A stretch of 55,268 bases of DNA from an uncultured Thermococci archaeon (GTDB lineage Archaea; Methanobacteriota_B; Thermococci; Thermococcales; Thermococcaceae): NCBI GenBank assembly GCA_964487115.1, contig CAZAPD010000062.1, positions 1 through 55,268 on the forward strand. The letters are read 5' to 3'. This document shows positions 17,454-28,208 of the stretch, one piece after another. Position 1 is the first letter of the stretch. Each line of letters begins with the position of its first letter. Made by a program: the position numbers and the translations under genes. Under the pieces are notes generated by a model, which saw nothing but the letters and a program-made list of their open reading frames with translations, was not told where the DNA came from and did no database searches.

Positions 17454-18611
17454 TCATGTTTTTAACATTATTTTTAGCATTAAAACTCCCATACAGTTTG
17501 TTCTTTTGACGCCAAGTCTTATGGTGAGATAACCTATCACCCCGGCAGTTAGAAGAAATATAAGTCCAAAAAAGCCGTCGAAACAGTATGAGGCAAGAAT
17601 GATAAAAAGCATTATTCCAATGTTCAGTTTCCTGTAATCTGCCCGATGGAGCAGTTTTCCGATAATTCTGGTAAGCCTCACACCATAGAGCATTATTAGT
17701 AGGGAGGCCGCAAGGCTTGTGAGGAGAAGAAGATTTAGCTGTGTATGGGTAAGGTGCACCTGCCTTTCTCTGAGAAGAACCATAACCCCATTTCTCGTTC
17801 TGCCCGTGAGGTAAAAATTGACAAGGGAAAAGAGAAAGTTGGAAGTATTTACAGAAAACACCACAGTTAGAAAAGAGCGTTCATCCTTTGAGAAAAAACC
17901 TCCGATGAGGGCGGCCTGTGATGATGTGAATGTTGGAAGGAGGGATGCGGCCATTCCTAATAGAGAGCCAAGAAATGAGAAGAAGAGAAACTTTGGGATT
18001 TTCATTTTTATCCCCTCATCATTATTGAACTCAAGTCTCTTCAAATTTGACCTGAAGGAGACAATCAAGGTTGGAAATGCAAAGAGCCCTACAAAAAGGT
18101 GAAAATAAGGCTCTCTCAGTAGAAATTTCCCTGCAACAATGCCAAGCCAACCAGATAGGAGGAATATGAACAGGCCATACAGCTTTTTTATTCCTCTTTC
18201 GGTTAAAATGAGGAATACTGCGAGCAGAATAACAAAAATCCTCCCGGCATTGGGGTTATACGTTTCTGCCAGCAGTGGATATATCAGGAGCAGTGGAAGT
18301 GCAAAGATAATAGATAGAAAGCTTGCCATGATTGATATATTAACAACTTCTAAAGCCCTTCCCTTAAGAACAAGTCTGTGGGCCGGCAAAATACTCAATG
18401 CGGTACCTTCATCTGGAACCCCAAACATTGCTGAGGGTATTGAATCAAGAAATGTATGCGTGAGCCCCATGGTATATACAAGGAGCACGAATGAAAAGCG
18501 GCTAAAAGTATTCACATCATCCAGAAGGGATGCCAGAGTGTTCACATGCAGAGCTGGAGTTATTCCCGTAACCGTGCCAAGCAGAATTCCTAAGAGCATT
18601 TCTCTGAACAT
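17454..18611 (-). CDS. TctA/DUF112 family membrane protein
   Basis: GITPALHVN, THTFLDSIPS..FGVPD and LPAHRLV motifs; many TM segments. Confidence 0.85.
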   Translation of the reverse strand: MFREMLLGILLGTVTGITPALHVNTLASLLDDVNTFSRFSFVLLVYTMGLTHTFLDSIPSAMFGVPDEGTALSILPAHRLVLKGRALEVVNISIMASFLSIIFALPLLLIYPLLAETYNPNAGRIFVILLAVFLILTERGIKKLYGLFIFLLSGWLGIVAGKFLLREPYFHLFVGLFAFPTLIVSFRSNLKRLEFNNDEGIKMKIPKFLFFSFLGSLLGMAASLLPTFTSSQAALIGGFFSKDERSFLTVVFSVNTSNFLFSLVNFYLTGRTRNGVMVLLRERQVHLTHTQLNLLLLTSLAASLLIMLYGVRLTRIIGKLLHRADYRKLNIGIMLFIILASYCFDGFFGLIFLLTAGVIGYLTIRLGVKRTNCMGVLMLKIMLKT

Positions 18612-19789
18612 ATATCCTCCCTCGACTTCACGTGGAATGCGGGCATGTCGCGATAGGTTGTGAATGTTCCAAATGCAGTTATGCTCTGATTTTCTTTTAG
18701 TGAAATTTTCAAAGATTTTGGAAGCTTCAGTAGTATCCAACAGGAGTTTTCTGTTATGTTAGCCAGTCTAAAGCCATTTTTGTAGAGTTTAATCCACTTA
18801 ACTCTCCCCTCTATCTTTCCAAATTTGCCGGGGTTTGGTGTGCAGATATCATTACTTAGTGTGTTTCTGGATGCAACTACCATACATTTCAGGCAGTAGA
18901 GGGAATTTCTCCTTCGAATGGCTTCAAATTTCACGAGATCACCTATTTTAGCAGAGAAGCCGTACAATTTGAGAGTGGTGCAGTTCAAGGAGAGACCTCT
19001 GCCTCTGTTAAGCACCATGCATGTTCCTTCTGCAATATTTCCGATGGTTGCATTATCCACTGGAACCTTTTGGGCTTCTCCAATTATTTTAATATCCTCC
19101 GGGGCTTCAACAACTATTGTGAGCATGGAATAGAATTTCGCAATGCCAAGAACCTTCACCCTATTTCCGAGCTTCAGATGGATGTGATAGGGAAGATAAA
19201 GGCGGATTTCTTCACTGCCATTCCATATCACGGTGTTTGGGGAGTTGTATATAACAATACCCTCAACCGGAAATGGCATGTCCTCTTCAGGCTTTTCCAC
19301 ATATCCCCTGGATGAGAAGTGTAGGGGATAGAAAAGAGAACCGTAGGATATGCCTTCTACATCGAGAACCGTGCCTTTGGTTGCATTAATGCACCATCCA
19401 AGTTTTATTCTGGAGGGTGTCAGCAGGTAGCACTCTTTATCCTTCCAGAGTGCTCCTCTAATGCTTTTCAGCTTTAGTGTGTTGGCACTGACTCTGGATA
19501 TTTTTACAGGTTTCAACTTACTATACGTGCTGTTAAACATAATGCCTGAGACCTTATAGATTGTGCCAGTGTTCAGTGTTTTCAAAATAGCAATCTTTCT
19601 CTCCCCATCGGTTAGCACAGAAAAATCTGGTGAGGAATATATGCAAAGCCCTGTGAAGTTTATGAGCCTAACCTTTTGTGAGTTTATATGCCCCTCTCGA
19701 TGTGTTGTGGGAGAATAAAGGTTCATGCCTGTCAGCACTATTAATACTCCTATTATAATGACAATATCAAAGCGTCTGTCTTTCACCAT
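18590..19789 (-). CDS. membrane-anchored protein with repeated OB-fold-like domains
   Basis: N-terminal TM; repeated beta-rich units; scattered Cys. Confidence 0.65.
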   Translation of the reverse strand: MVKDRRFDIVIIIGVLIVLTGMNLYSPTTHREGHINSQKVRLINFTGLCIYSSPDFSVLTDGERKIAILKTLNTGTIYKVSGIMFNSTYSKLKPVKISRVSANTLKLKSIRGALWKDKECYLLTPSRIKLGWCINATKGTVLDVEGISYGSLFYPLHFSSRGYVEKPEEDMPFPVEGIVIYNSPNTVIWNGSEEIRLYLPYHIHLKLGNRVKVLGIAKFYSMLTIVVEAPEDIKIIGEAQKVPVDNATIGNIAEGTCMVLNRGRGLSLNCTTLKLYGFSAKIGDLVKFEAIRRRNSLYCLKCMVVASRNTLSNDICTPNPGKFGKIEGRVKWIKLYKNGFRLANITENSCWILLKLPKSLKISLKENQSITAFGTFTTYRDMPAFHVKSREDICSEKCS

Positions 19790-19855
19790 GATTATTAGTA
19801 AGCAGAGAAACTTAAAAATTTTTTGCTAATTAAATGGACATAGAGGTCAAAAATA

Positions 19856-20605
19856 TCAGTACATCTCTCCGCTTGGATAAACTACAATTCCCTTATTCGT
19901 TATTTCAAAGGGATACTTACGCATGGAGTGTTTTGTCTCACGCATTTTTCTTATTATAAGATATCTTTTGAGCTCAACATCCCGCTCTCTAAAGTCTAAA
20001 AGTATGAGTCCTCTTGAGATGTATTCTTCAATCCCATATCTACTTATTTTCCCTGCCTTTGGATCGGGAGCTTCTGTTGTCAGAATTGAGGTCACACCCA
20101 TTTCAAGAAGTATTGTATTCAATTTAAGCAAAACCTCTCTAATTTGTGCTTCCTCCTTAAGCCTGAAAGCTATGGATGGGACAGAATCTATAACAAGTCT
20201 CTTTGCATTAATTGCCTTGACAACACGGTAGATGTATCTGAGGAAGTTCTCCACATTTAATCTATCCTCAAGAACGAACTTCTCTTCAGATGGTAGGCCT
20301 ACCGTTGAGCTAACACCATCGATTATAGCGATTAACCCATCTTCCTCATATTTTTTGAAATCCCAACCAAATGTTCTGGTTTCCCGTCTGAGATCCTGAG
20401 CCCTTTCTTCAAGGGTAACAAATACGCCCGGTTCACCGTATTCTGAAGCACCTTTATAGATAAACTGGGCGCCGAATGTGGTTTTTCCGGTACCAGTAGA
20501 ACCTGTCACCAGAATTGTAGTGTTCTTTGGAAAACCACCATCAACAAGCTCATCTAAGCCAGGAATACCACTTTTAACCCTCTCAATCTTATATTCACCA
20601 TCCAT
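19856..20605 (-). CDS. KaiC/RAD55-family ATPase (single domain)
   Basis: SGIPGLD, Walker A GSTGTGKT, TLEE, VIDS and KMRET motifs. Confidence 0.92.
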   Translation of the reverse strand: MDGEYKIERVKSGIPGLDELVDGGFPKNTTILVTGSTGTGKTTFGAQFIYKGASEYGEPGVFVTLEERAQDLRRETRTFGWDFKKYEEDGLIAIIDGVSSTVGLPSEEKFVLEDRLNVENFLRYIYRVVKAINAKRLVIDSVPSIAFRLKEEAQIREVLLKLNTILLEMGVTSILTTEAPDPKAGKISRYGIEEYISRGLILLDFRERDVELKRYLIIRKMRETKHSMRKYPFEITNKGIVVYPSGEMY

Positions 20606-20777
20606 GGAAATCACCCGAGTATCTTGACACTGTTAAGTTTAACTCTCTGGCCATTTATAGGTTTTAGTTTTCCTATGATATAAGTCTTTTGGATTGGCAA
20701 CAACAAATTCAGGAATGAGAGACCTAAAAATCACAAGAGTTTTATTTTCATTGGTGGATATCTGATAAGGTGAAGTC

Positions 20778-21968
20778 ATGTTAGATCCATTTGGACCAAT
20801 AGCAAAAGAGCTGGTTAGAGAGATAGGAGGCATAAATGAGCTACTGATGCTGATTCCGAGTTATGTGAGCATAGATGAAGCTATGGAGAGGGTTGTCTGG
20901 CTTAAAAATGGGCAATTACCTCTGGAGCTTCTGAAGCTGGCTGATCTGGAGGATCTCATGGGATTCTATGCCCTTCTGGGAGCTCTGACGTTCTCTCCCT
21001 ATGGTCTTGAAATGGAAGTGGTTAAGGAGGCAAATGAGAGGATATATTCTAAGAGAATATCTAAATATGGAATTGATAATCACGGAATCAGCCTTCCCCT
21101 GCTCAGCTTTGATGATGAGGAGATACTGGAGAAAGATCGTATCATCTTAGAAAAAAGACTTCATGATGAAATATCACCTGAAGAAAGGGAAAAACTCAGG
21201 CTGAAATACAAGATGCATATTGGAGATGTCCTCCTGCTGTGGGAGGATAGTTTGAAGGATATTTACATAAGGAACGGATATGCTTATCTAACCGAGGAAC
21301 AAATGCTGGCACTTTGGAGGAGATCGTTTGAGAGGAACGTTGAGAGAGCTGTAGAAATTCTCTATGGGATACGGGATGAGCTACCCCAGTACTATCTTAT
21401 GCTGTATGAGAAGATTAACGAGTTTGCTAGGGATTACTTTAAGGAAAGGCTTGAGAGATTCGGAAGTGCAGAAGCTCAGCCTTTGCGCTTTGATCTTTTC
21501 CCTCCGTGCATAAAAATAGCTATAGAGGGAGTTCCTTCTGGTCTGAGGAACTACGCCATCACGGTACTCCTAACTTCCTTCCTGAGCTATGCTCGTATAT
21601 GTCCCAATCCACCAAGAAAGGACATCAGAGTGAAGGATTGCATCAAAGATTTAAGTGTGATAGAAAATGAGATTCTACCCGTAATAATAGAAGCCGGGAA
21701 CAGATGCACGCCGCCTTTGTTTGAGGATCAACCAAATGAGGTCAAGAATATCTGGTATCATCTTGGTTTTGGTTTCACAGATAAGCCTAACATCGAAGAC
21801 AGTGGAAACACACCATGGTATTTCCCTCCGAACTGTGACAAAATAAAAGCAAACGCCCCCCAACTGTGTAAGCCTGACAGAGATTGTAGGAATATAAAAA
21901 ACCCGCTCACATATTATCTGAGGAAGCTTTATTTTGAAAATAGGCGGACAGGTGAAAAGAATGAGTGA
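20778..21968 (+). CDS. priL: DNA primase large subunit
   Basis: MLDPFG start; FPPCI, GLRNY and PPNC...C...C Fe-S domain. Confidence 0.95.
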   Translation: MLDPFGPIAKELVREIGGINELLMLIPSYVSIDEAMERVVWLKNGQLPLELLKLADLEDLMGFYALLGALTFSPYGLEMEVVKEANERIYSKRISKYGIDNHGISLPLLSFDDEEILEKDRIILEKRLHDEISPEEREKLRLKYKMHIGDVLLLWEDSLKDIYIRNGYAYLTEEQMLALWRRSFERNVERAVEILYGIRDELPQYYLMLYEKINEFARDYFKERLERFGSAEAQPLRFDLFPPCIKIAIEGVPSGLRNYAITVLLTSFLSYARICPNPPRKDIRVKDCIKDLSVIENEILPVIIEAGNRCTPPLFEDQPNEVKNIWYHLGFGFTDKPNIEDSGNTPWYFPPNCDKIKANAPQLCKPDRDCRNIKNPLTYYLRKLYFENRRTGEKNE

Positions 21969-22989
21969 GCTTTTCAGAGAGGTTACAAAGAAGGAGAGAC
22001 TCTTTTATTACAGAAATGAATGGAATGTTAACAAAATCCCAGATTTTTTGGTGGAAACCTTAGAAAACAGGGAATTTGGATTTGATCATACTGGTGAGGG
22101 ACCAAATGACAGGAAAAATGTCTTTCAGGACATCAGGGATTTAGAAGACTATGTAAAAGCTACCGCCCCTTATGCGATGTTCTCAAGTGTTGCTCTTTAT
22201 GAGGAGCCGCGGGAAATGGCAGGATGGATGGGAGCTGAACTTGTATTCGATATAGATGCTAAAGACCTACCGTTGAGGAGATGTAGTCATGAACACGGCA
22301 TGGTATGCCCTGTATGTCTGGAGGATGCAAAGGAGCTTGCCAAGGATACGCTTGTGGTTCTCAAAGAGGACTTTGGTTTTGAAGAAGTCCATACAGTTTA
22401 TTCTGGGAGAGGCTATCATATCAGGGTTCTTGATGAATGGGCTCTGCAACTCGATGGAAAGGCAAGGGAAAAGATTTTAGCATATATCTCCTCCGCTGAG
22501 GAGATAACATTTGAAGATTTACGGAGCAGAAAAGTTATGCTCTCATCGGGATATTTTCGGGTTTTTCGTCTGCGTTTTGGTTATTTTATCAGGAGGATTA
22601 ACGAAAATCACCTTTTAAATATCGGCCTCAACCGGGGTCAGATAAGAAAAATTCTGGAAAGTAAGGATCAAATTTATGATGGCTTTGTCAGAAAAGCTCT
22701 CTTGACGTCATTTCCAAAGGGCATAGGATACAGAACACTGCTGAAGCTATTTGTACTCTCATCAACCTTTTCAAAGGCATATTTTGATGGTCGTGTTACC
22801 GTTGATGTTAAAAGAATCTTGAGGGTACCTTCAAGTCTTCACTCAAAGGCTGGTTTTGTGACAACCTATATTGGAACTTCTGAAAGAAACCTTGAAAAAT
22901 TTAATCCCTTTAAAGATGCTGTCCCGGAATTCAGGAGAAAAGAAGTTAAAGAAGCATACAAAATATGGCATGAGGAGCAAGAACAATGA
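21961..22989 (+). CDS. priS: DNA primase small (catalytic) subunit
   Basis: REFGFD, ELVFDIDAKD, YSGRGYH and D.KRILR.P.SLH motifs. Confidence 0.96.
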   Translation: MSELFREVTKKERLFYYRNEWNVNKIPDFLVETLENREFGFDHTGEGPNDRKNVFQDIRDLEDYVKATAPYAMFSSVALYEEPREMAGWMGAELVFDIDAKDLPLRRCSHEHGMVCPVCLEDAKELAKDTLVVLKEDFGFEEVHTVYSGRGYHIRVLDEWALQLDGKAREKILAYISSAEEITFEDLRSRKVMLSSGYFRVFRLRFGYFIRRINENHLLNIGLNRGQIRKILESKDQIYDGFVRKALLTSFPKGIGYRTLLKLFVLSSTFSKAYFDGRVTVDVKRILRVPSSLHSKAGFVTTYIGTSERNLEKFNPFKDAVPEFRRKEVKEAYKIWHEEQEQ

Positions 22990-23843
22990 CATCAGGAAAA
23001 GCTAAAATCATGGTCGCAATGCTGATCTGGGGGAGTGTGGGGATATTCAGCAGATTTACACATCTAACAGGCCTTGGGGTGGCTTTTTTCCGTGTTTTCT
23101 TTGGAGCTCTCTTGTTTCTCGGAGTTTTTACTTTCAAGGAACGTAGATGGCTGAAGAAGGTTATGGAGGAACTCAGAGGGAATGGGAGATGGATTCTTTT
23201 GCTTGGTATTGCTTTAGCTTTGAATTGGGTTTTTCTTTTTACAGCATTTTTCTACACAACGATAGCGAAGGCTGTTTTGGTTTATTACACTGCACCCATT
23301 ATAGCTGTTATCATCTCAGCAAAATTTCTTGGAGAACAAATCAGTAAGATGAGGGCTGTTTTGATAGTTTTAGCATTTCTTGGAGTGATCACAATAATGA
23401 GTGGCGAGACTATAAGTGCGACTGATAGAGGGTTTCTTGGAGTAGTTCTGGCGTTGCTCGCCGCATTTTTCTATGCTCTCATCCCAAATCTTGGTAGACT
23501 TCTCAGAGATATGAGCTCTGAAGTTTTGACTTTCTTACAGCTTTTTGTGGCGAGTGCAGTTTTGATACCTTTTGTTTTTATCGCTGGAATTTCGTCTGGG
23601 GAAATCTACTGGCCTGCGGTGGGAATTCTGGTTGTAGTCCACACTGTTTTTGCACTGCTTCTTTACATGGCTGGACTCAAGGATGTTGAGGTCAACGAGG
23701 CTGCTCTACTCAGTTATTTGGATCCGCTCAGTGCAGTTGTTTATGCATTTTTGATTTTTGGTGAAGCTCCTACTATCAGAACGGTTATCGGTGGTTTCTT
23801 GATACTCTCTGCTTCTCTATTAGACATTTTGAAAAACAGGTGA
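22986..23843 (+). CDS. DMT/EamA family transporter
   Basis: About 10 TM; IWG, YTAP and YLDP motifs. Confidence 0.9.
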   Translation: MTSGKAKIMVAMLIWGSVGIFSRFTHLTGLGVAFFRVFFGALLFLGVFTFKERRWLKKVMEELRGNGRWILLLGIALALNWVFLFTAFFYTTIAKAVLVYYTAPIIAVIISAKFLGEQISKMRAVLIVLAFLGVITIMSGETISATDRGFLGVVLALLAAFFYALIPNLGRLLRDMSSEVLTFLQLFVASAVLIPFVFIAGISSGEIYWPAVGILVVVHTVFALLLYMAGLKDVEVNEAALLSYLDPLSAVVYAFLIFGEAPTIRTVIGGFLILSASLLDILKNR

Positions 23844-24161
23844 GGGGGCTATAGCCCGCCTTCTGTACCGAGGGGCATTCGACTGAGCGGCCTACCACGG
23901 GGCTCCCACCGGGAACTCATCGCCCCTTCCTCGGCCTTGCACCCCGCGGGACGGCCGTTTCACCGGTCCCCGACGGGTCGTCTGCGGGTTATCTCGGGCG
24001 CCGTCGCCGGGCCCTTCGCCGCTTTCATCCCCATATCCGCCGGGACGTGTCGTTTCTGCGCCGTTGCCCTCCCTCTCGGGAGGTGCCTTGCGGCACCGCG
24101 GCCCCGGTGCGGTGGGCGGAACTTCCTCGGGCTTAAGCCCGACAGCCCCAGCCCCCTCACC
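23839..24161 (-). ncRNA. rnpB: RNase P RNA
   Basis: GC-rich; the minus strand has GAGGAAGTTCCGCCC (CR-I) and ACAGAAGGCGGGCTAT (CR-V); terminal helix GGTGAGGGGGCT/AGCCCCCTCACC. Confidence 0.97.
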
Positions 24162-24300
24162 AGAAGGAGTAAAGAAGTGAAAGATAAAAATATTTGCATG
24201 TGGATTATATTATCAATGGTTGAATCATGTTCCCAAATAGAGATAAACCTTTTTTAACTTAGTCAAAATCCGTATCACGGTCATTCTTATGGTGGGGGCA

Positions 24301-25929
24301 TTACTTCTTGGGGAGTTTCTTGTTTTCCCTGAATTTGGGGATCTTCGGTCGTTTAAATCTCCCTAATGGGGATTTTTTCTTTGGTTTTGGCCTGGTTCTT
24401 TTTGGTTTATTTTTCAGGTTCTCATAATATCCTGTAACTATGATCCCAGCTATTACTATGAAAATTAAGACATAGAGTTTTTTATTATCTTGATTTGGGG
24501 TTGTGGATATTGAGGTGCTATTTGAACTCTGCGTTATAGTTTGTGATACGGACGAAGAGGTGGAGGGAGATGAAAAAGTATTAGTGTAGGGTTTAGGCAG
24601 TGTTATACTCCCTTCTCTTACAATGTTTTTATTGAGAGCGTTGAGCAGGAATCTGTAATATATTTTCTCGCCGGGGGGTATTTTAAAATCAAGTTTTAAT
24701 GTCATGGTTCCGGGATAAAGGGTTATATTTAGTGATCTTTTGTACAAAATCTTATCTGCAGTGTATAATTCATAGGTTAAGAATCCATGGACTGATTCAT
24801 CATTTTTGTTTATTATTTTTAGAGCAAATTCAATTGTGTCTTTACTAATTTTTCTGTACGTTACATCAGATAGGGTGGGATATGAAATAACATGATATTT
24901 GGTGGAGAAATTTCGAAGTAGTTTTTTTGCATAATAAATTTGGATATTTGCATTTATATCCCCAGATATATTTGTTGGTAGTTCAATTTGAATGACATGG
25001 CTTCCTTTAGAGATTTCAATCACTCTTTCTTTCCTTAAAATCACACCTCCTTTGCTGGATATCTCTGTTAGGACTCTCAGGGAAATATCTCTATCCGCTA
25101 TCAGGGTTATATACGCTGTGTTGGATTCATTTAGAAAAACTTTCGAGGATTTTACAGACATATTTATTATATTAACCCCAATTCCGATATGGATTAATTT
25201 TTTAAACTGCTTTTCTCCTTCAGAGTATTTAATTTTGTATATTAACATATATGTGCCCTCTGGGAAATCAGAGGGTATATGTATTTCGAATCTGACAATA
25301 TTATCTCCGGGAACTAAGATTATATGTTTGGATGCAGACAAATAGTGTCTATTGTTTTTTTCTAAATATGTAGTGGCTTCGGCTGAAATATTGAAATGCC
25401 CAATATTTCTGACATGAGAATAGACAACTAAGATATCTCCATTAAATACCTGTTTGGTTTCTGGCCGTTCTTTATTATAAAACGATAAAATTCCAAACTG
25501 CAGGGGACTCCTGAGAACTTTTATTGGTATTTTCACTTTTAAAAGATATAACCTGCCTCCTCCTGATGTGAGTGCTCTGAACCTCAATATCAGAGAATAT
25601 TCTCCTGAATGTACTTTTTTATCTGCAGCGATCTTATAATTAAGGATATAACTCTTACCAACTTTCCATCCGATGAAATTTGTTCTATCAAATGAGAGGT
25701 CGAAACCTGATACCTCATATCCGTTTTCATCTATTACTTTAAAATCTTGCAATGTTACCAAATCATATGCTAAGTTACCGGCGTTTGTTAGAACAATGGA
25801 ACCAGAGGAGTAGTCTCCTGAAACAACTGTAATACTCCCATTCGCAATGATACTTGCATTCTGGGCAAATATGGGATCACTGAACAGCATGAATATTAAC
25901 ATCATGACAATAGTGATGTTCTTCCTCAT
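24301..25929 (-). CDS. secreted, C-terminally anchored multi-Ig-like surface protein
   Basis: Signal peptide from ATG 25929; beta-rich domains; S/T linker; TM; Lys-rich tail; AT-rich DNA. Confidence 0.75.
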   Translation of the reverse strand: MRKNITIVMMLIFMLFSDPIFAQNASIIANGSITVVSGDYSSGSIVLTNAGNLAYDLVTLQDFKVIDENGYEVSGFDLSFDRTNFIGWKVGKSYILNYKIAADKKVHSGEYSLILRFRALTSGGGRLYLLKVKIPIKVLRSPLQFGILSFYNKERPETKQVFNGDILVVYSHVRNIGHFNISAEATTYLEKNNRHYLSASKHIILVPGDNIVRFEIHIPSDFPEGTYMLIYKIKYSEGEKQFKKLIHIGIGVNIINMSVKSSKVFLNESNTAYITLIADRDISLRVLTEISSKGGVILRKERVIEISKGSHVIQIELPTNISGDINANIQIYYAKKLLRNFSTKYHVISYPTLSDVTYRKISKDTIEFALKIINKNDESVHGFLTYELYTADKILYKRSLNITLYPGTMTLKLDFKIPPGEKIYYRFLLNALNKNIVREGSITLPKPYTNTFSSPSTSSSVSQTITQSSNSTSISTTPNQDNKKLYVLIFIVIAGIIVTGYYENLKNKPKRTRPKPKKKSPLGRFKRPKIPKFRENKKLPKK

Positions 25930-25981
25930 CTTGTCCTCCCCTTGATATTTTTCGTCTTTTGGTAATATAAAGTTATGTTCA

Positions 25982-26263
25982 TTAAAGAGAGAATACAAAC
26001 AAAACAAATCCGGCAAATAAGATTCCTAAAAAGAAAATAATGCTAACTTTGTATAGAGCTAACTTTGAGAATTGGGATCTAACTGTTAAGCCTATGATGA
26101 TAAGCAGAGAACCATAAACCATTGAAAATATTCCAAGGGCTCGCTTTATATCTACTCTGAGTATAATGAGGATTCCTAAAAGAGCACCGGCTAAGATTGT
26201 TATATGAGGGATCGTGAATGCATAGTAGTTCATGAGAATCTTCTCTTCTTTCATTTTTATCAC
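25982..26263 (-). CDS. small membrane protein
   Basis: Three hydrophobic segments; overlaps the upstream stop codon. Confidence 0.7.
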   Translation of the reverse strand: MIKMKEEKILMNYYAFTIPHITILAGALLGILIILRVDIKRALGIFSMVYGSLLIIIGLTVRSQFSKLALYKVSIIFFLGILFAGFVLFVFSL

Positions 26264-26667
26264 TCTATGACGAATGCATAGGTTGTAGCTGTTGGTAGGG
26301 TTTTTCTTATTTTTGGAAGAAGATATCTGGGGAGTATAACCTCCGTTTTTTCTTCCAGTATGTCATATTGATTGAGGATTTTTTCAATGACCTTAACCTC
26401 AATCTTACCCCTGACCTTGAAATAACCGTGCCATGTTCTTGTAATCTCCAGTATTATTGGAAGACGAAGAACTTCAGCTTCTTTCTGTTCAATCAGCGTA
26501 GAGATTAGTCTAAGCTCACTTTTTCTGAAATAATGATAACTACCATCCCTAAGCTGTATTCTTGGCTCAGTTTCTTCCAATAGTTGGGCGAGACTTTTTC
26601 TGACCCTTGGTAGATGGAGATTGATCCTGCCTATCTCTTTGTGTATAATTTCGTCGAGATTTGACAT
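26260..26667 (-). CDS. UPF0216/DUF61 family protein
   Basis: NLHLP..RKSL..LL and LRDGS.H.F motifs. Confidence 0.85.
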   Translation of the reverse strand: MSNLDEIIHKEIGRINLHLPRVRKSLAQLLEETEPRIQLRDGSYHYFRKSELRLISTLIEQKEAEVLRLPIILEITRTWHGYFKVRGKIEVKVIEKILNQYDILEEKTEVILPRYLLPKIRKTLPTATTYAFVIE

Positions 26668-26885
26668 GATAGCAGATACTCAGCATTGCTAAAACATTTT
26701 CGGAATTTTTATATACATAAAAATGTAAAAATTAGTAAAAACTAAACAAAAAATTAACATTTTTATGGTGTTCAAATTTAGCCCTTGTCATTATGTTAAA
26801 TGATTAATAGAAAACTTTATATTTAAACATTCGTTCAGTATTAGCTGTGTTATTATGAAAAAATAGACAAGAAGGTGAAGCAAAA

Positions 26886-28208
26886 ATGAGCGAAGCCATG
26901 ACGCATGAAATGGCTGCTGAGAAGAAAATTCGTTTTCTCCAGCTTGTATTTGTTGATATCAATGGTGTTCCCAAGGGAATGGAGATTCCGATAGCGAGAT
27001 ATGAAGAGGCTGTTGAGGATGGGATAGCCTTTGATGGATCATCTATACCGGGATTTCAGGGAATAGAAGACAGTGATCTTATATTCAAGGCAGACCCCGC
27101 GACTTTCAGTGAAGTTCCGTGGGAAGGCATTGCGAGGGTTTACGGCTACATCTACAGAGACAAAAAGCCGTACTGGGCTGATTCGAGAAATATACTTAAG
27201 AATACCATCGAAGAACTTAATGAAAAGGGGATAAATGCATATATTGGACCAGAGCCAGAGTTCTATTTCTTTAAGAAAAATGGTAGTTGGGAGCTTCATC
27301 TTCCCGATGCAGGAGGATATTTTGACATAATAAACTTAGATAAGGCAAGGGACATTAAGAGAGAAATAGCATTATACATGCCATATTTTGGTCTTACCCC
27401 TGAAGTCCTTCATCATGAAGTTGGAAGGGCTCAGCATGAGATCGATTTTCGCTTTGATGAAGCGCTTAAAACTGCGGATAATATAATCAGCTTCAAGTAT
27501 ATTGTAAAGGCTGTAGGCGAGATGCATGGTCTCTACGCTACGTTTATGCCAAAGCCGGTCTATGGAATGCCTGGGAACGGTATGCATTTACATATAAGCC
27601 TCTGGAAGGGTGATAAAAATCTTTTTATGGGTAAAGAGGGGATAAGTGAAACTGCCCTTCATTTTATAGGAGGTATACTGAAACATGCAAGAGCTCTAAC
27701 AGCGCTGACAAATCCAACAGTTAATAGTTATAAGCGACTCGTTCCGGGATATGAGGCTCCAGTTTATATCTCGTGGGGCTACAAAAACAGGAGTGCTCTC
27801 ATAAGAGTTCCTGCATTTTGGGGTAATGGAGCAAGGATTGAATATCGCTGTCCTGATCCGAGTGCAAATCCATACTTGGCGTTCGCGGCAATACTAAAAG
27901 CTGGATTGGATGGAATAGAAAGGGGAATCGAACCATCAGCATATGTTGAGGAGAATGTCTATGAAATGAGTGAGATAACCAGAAAGGAGCTTGGAATAGG
28001 TACTCTTCCTGAAAGTTTGGAAGAAGCTTTAGACGAACTTAAAAAGGATAAAATTGTTAAAGCGGCACTTGGAGATGCATACCGGAACTTCATCTCGTAC
28101 AAAGAAAAAGAATGGGAGGAATACTTGGAATACGTGAAAAGCAAGGGCATTCCTGAGGACACCAAGGAGGTAACTGAGTGGGAACTTGAGAGATATTTTT
28201 ATGTTTAG
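26886..28208 (+). CDS. glnA: glutamine synthetase type I
   Basis: FDGSS, GPEPEF, HHEV, FMPKP, GNGMHLH, NSYKRLVPGYEAP, NRSALIR and RIEYR motifs. Confidence 0.97.
   Translation: MSEAMTHEMAAEKKIRFLQLVFVDINGVPKGMEIPIARYEEAVEDGIAFDGSSIPGFQGIEDSDLIFKADPATFSEVPWEGIARVYGYIYRDKKPYWADSRNILKNTIEELNEKGINAYIGPEPEFYFFKKNGSWELHLPDAGGYFDIINLDKARDIKREIALYMPYFGLTPEVLHHEVGRAQHEIDFRFDEALKTADNIISFKYIVKAVGEMHGLYATFMPKPVYGMPGNGMHLHISLWKGDKNLFMGKEGISETALHFIGGILKHARALTALTNPTVNSYKRLVPGYEAPVYISWGYKNRSALIRVPAFWGNGARIEYRCPDPSANPYLAFAAILKAGLDGIERGIEPSAYVEENVYEMSEITRKELGIGTLPESLEEALDELKKDKIVKAALGDAYRNFISYKEKEWEEYLEYVKSKGIPEDTKEVTEWELERYFYV

Noticed and set aside
19856..20605. Circadian clock interpretation of the KaiC-like gene
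   Set aside because: Single-domain KaiC/RAD55 ATPases are common in archaea; no kaiA or kaiB present.
23937..24257. Two Arg/Pro-rich ORFs on opposite strands
   Set aside because: They lie over the RNase P RNA gene.
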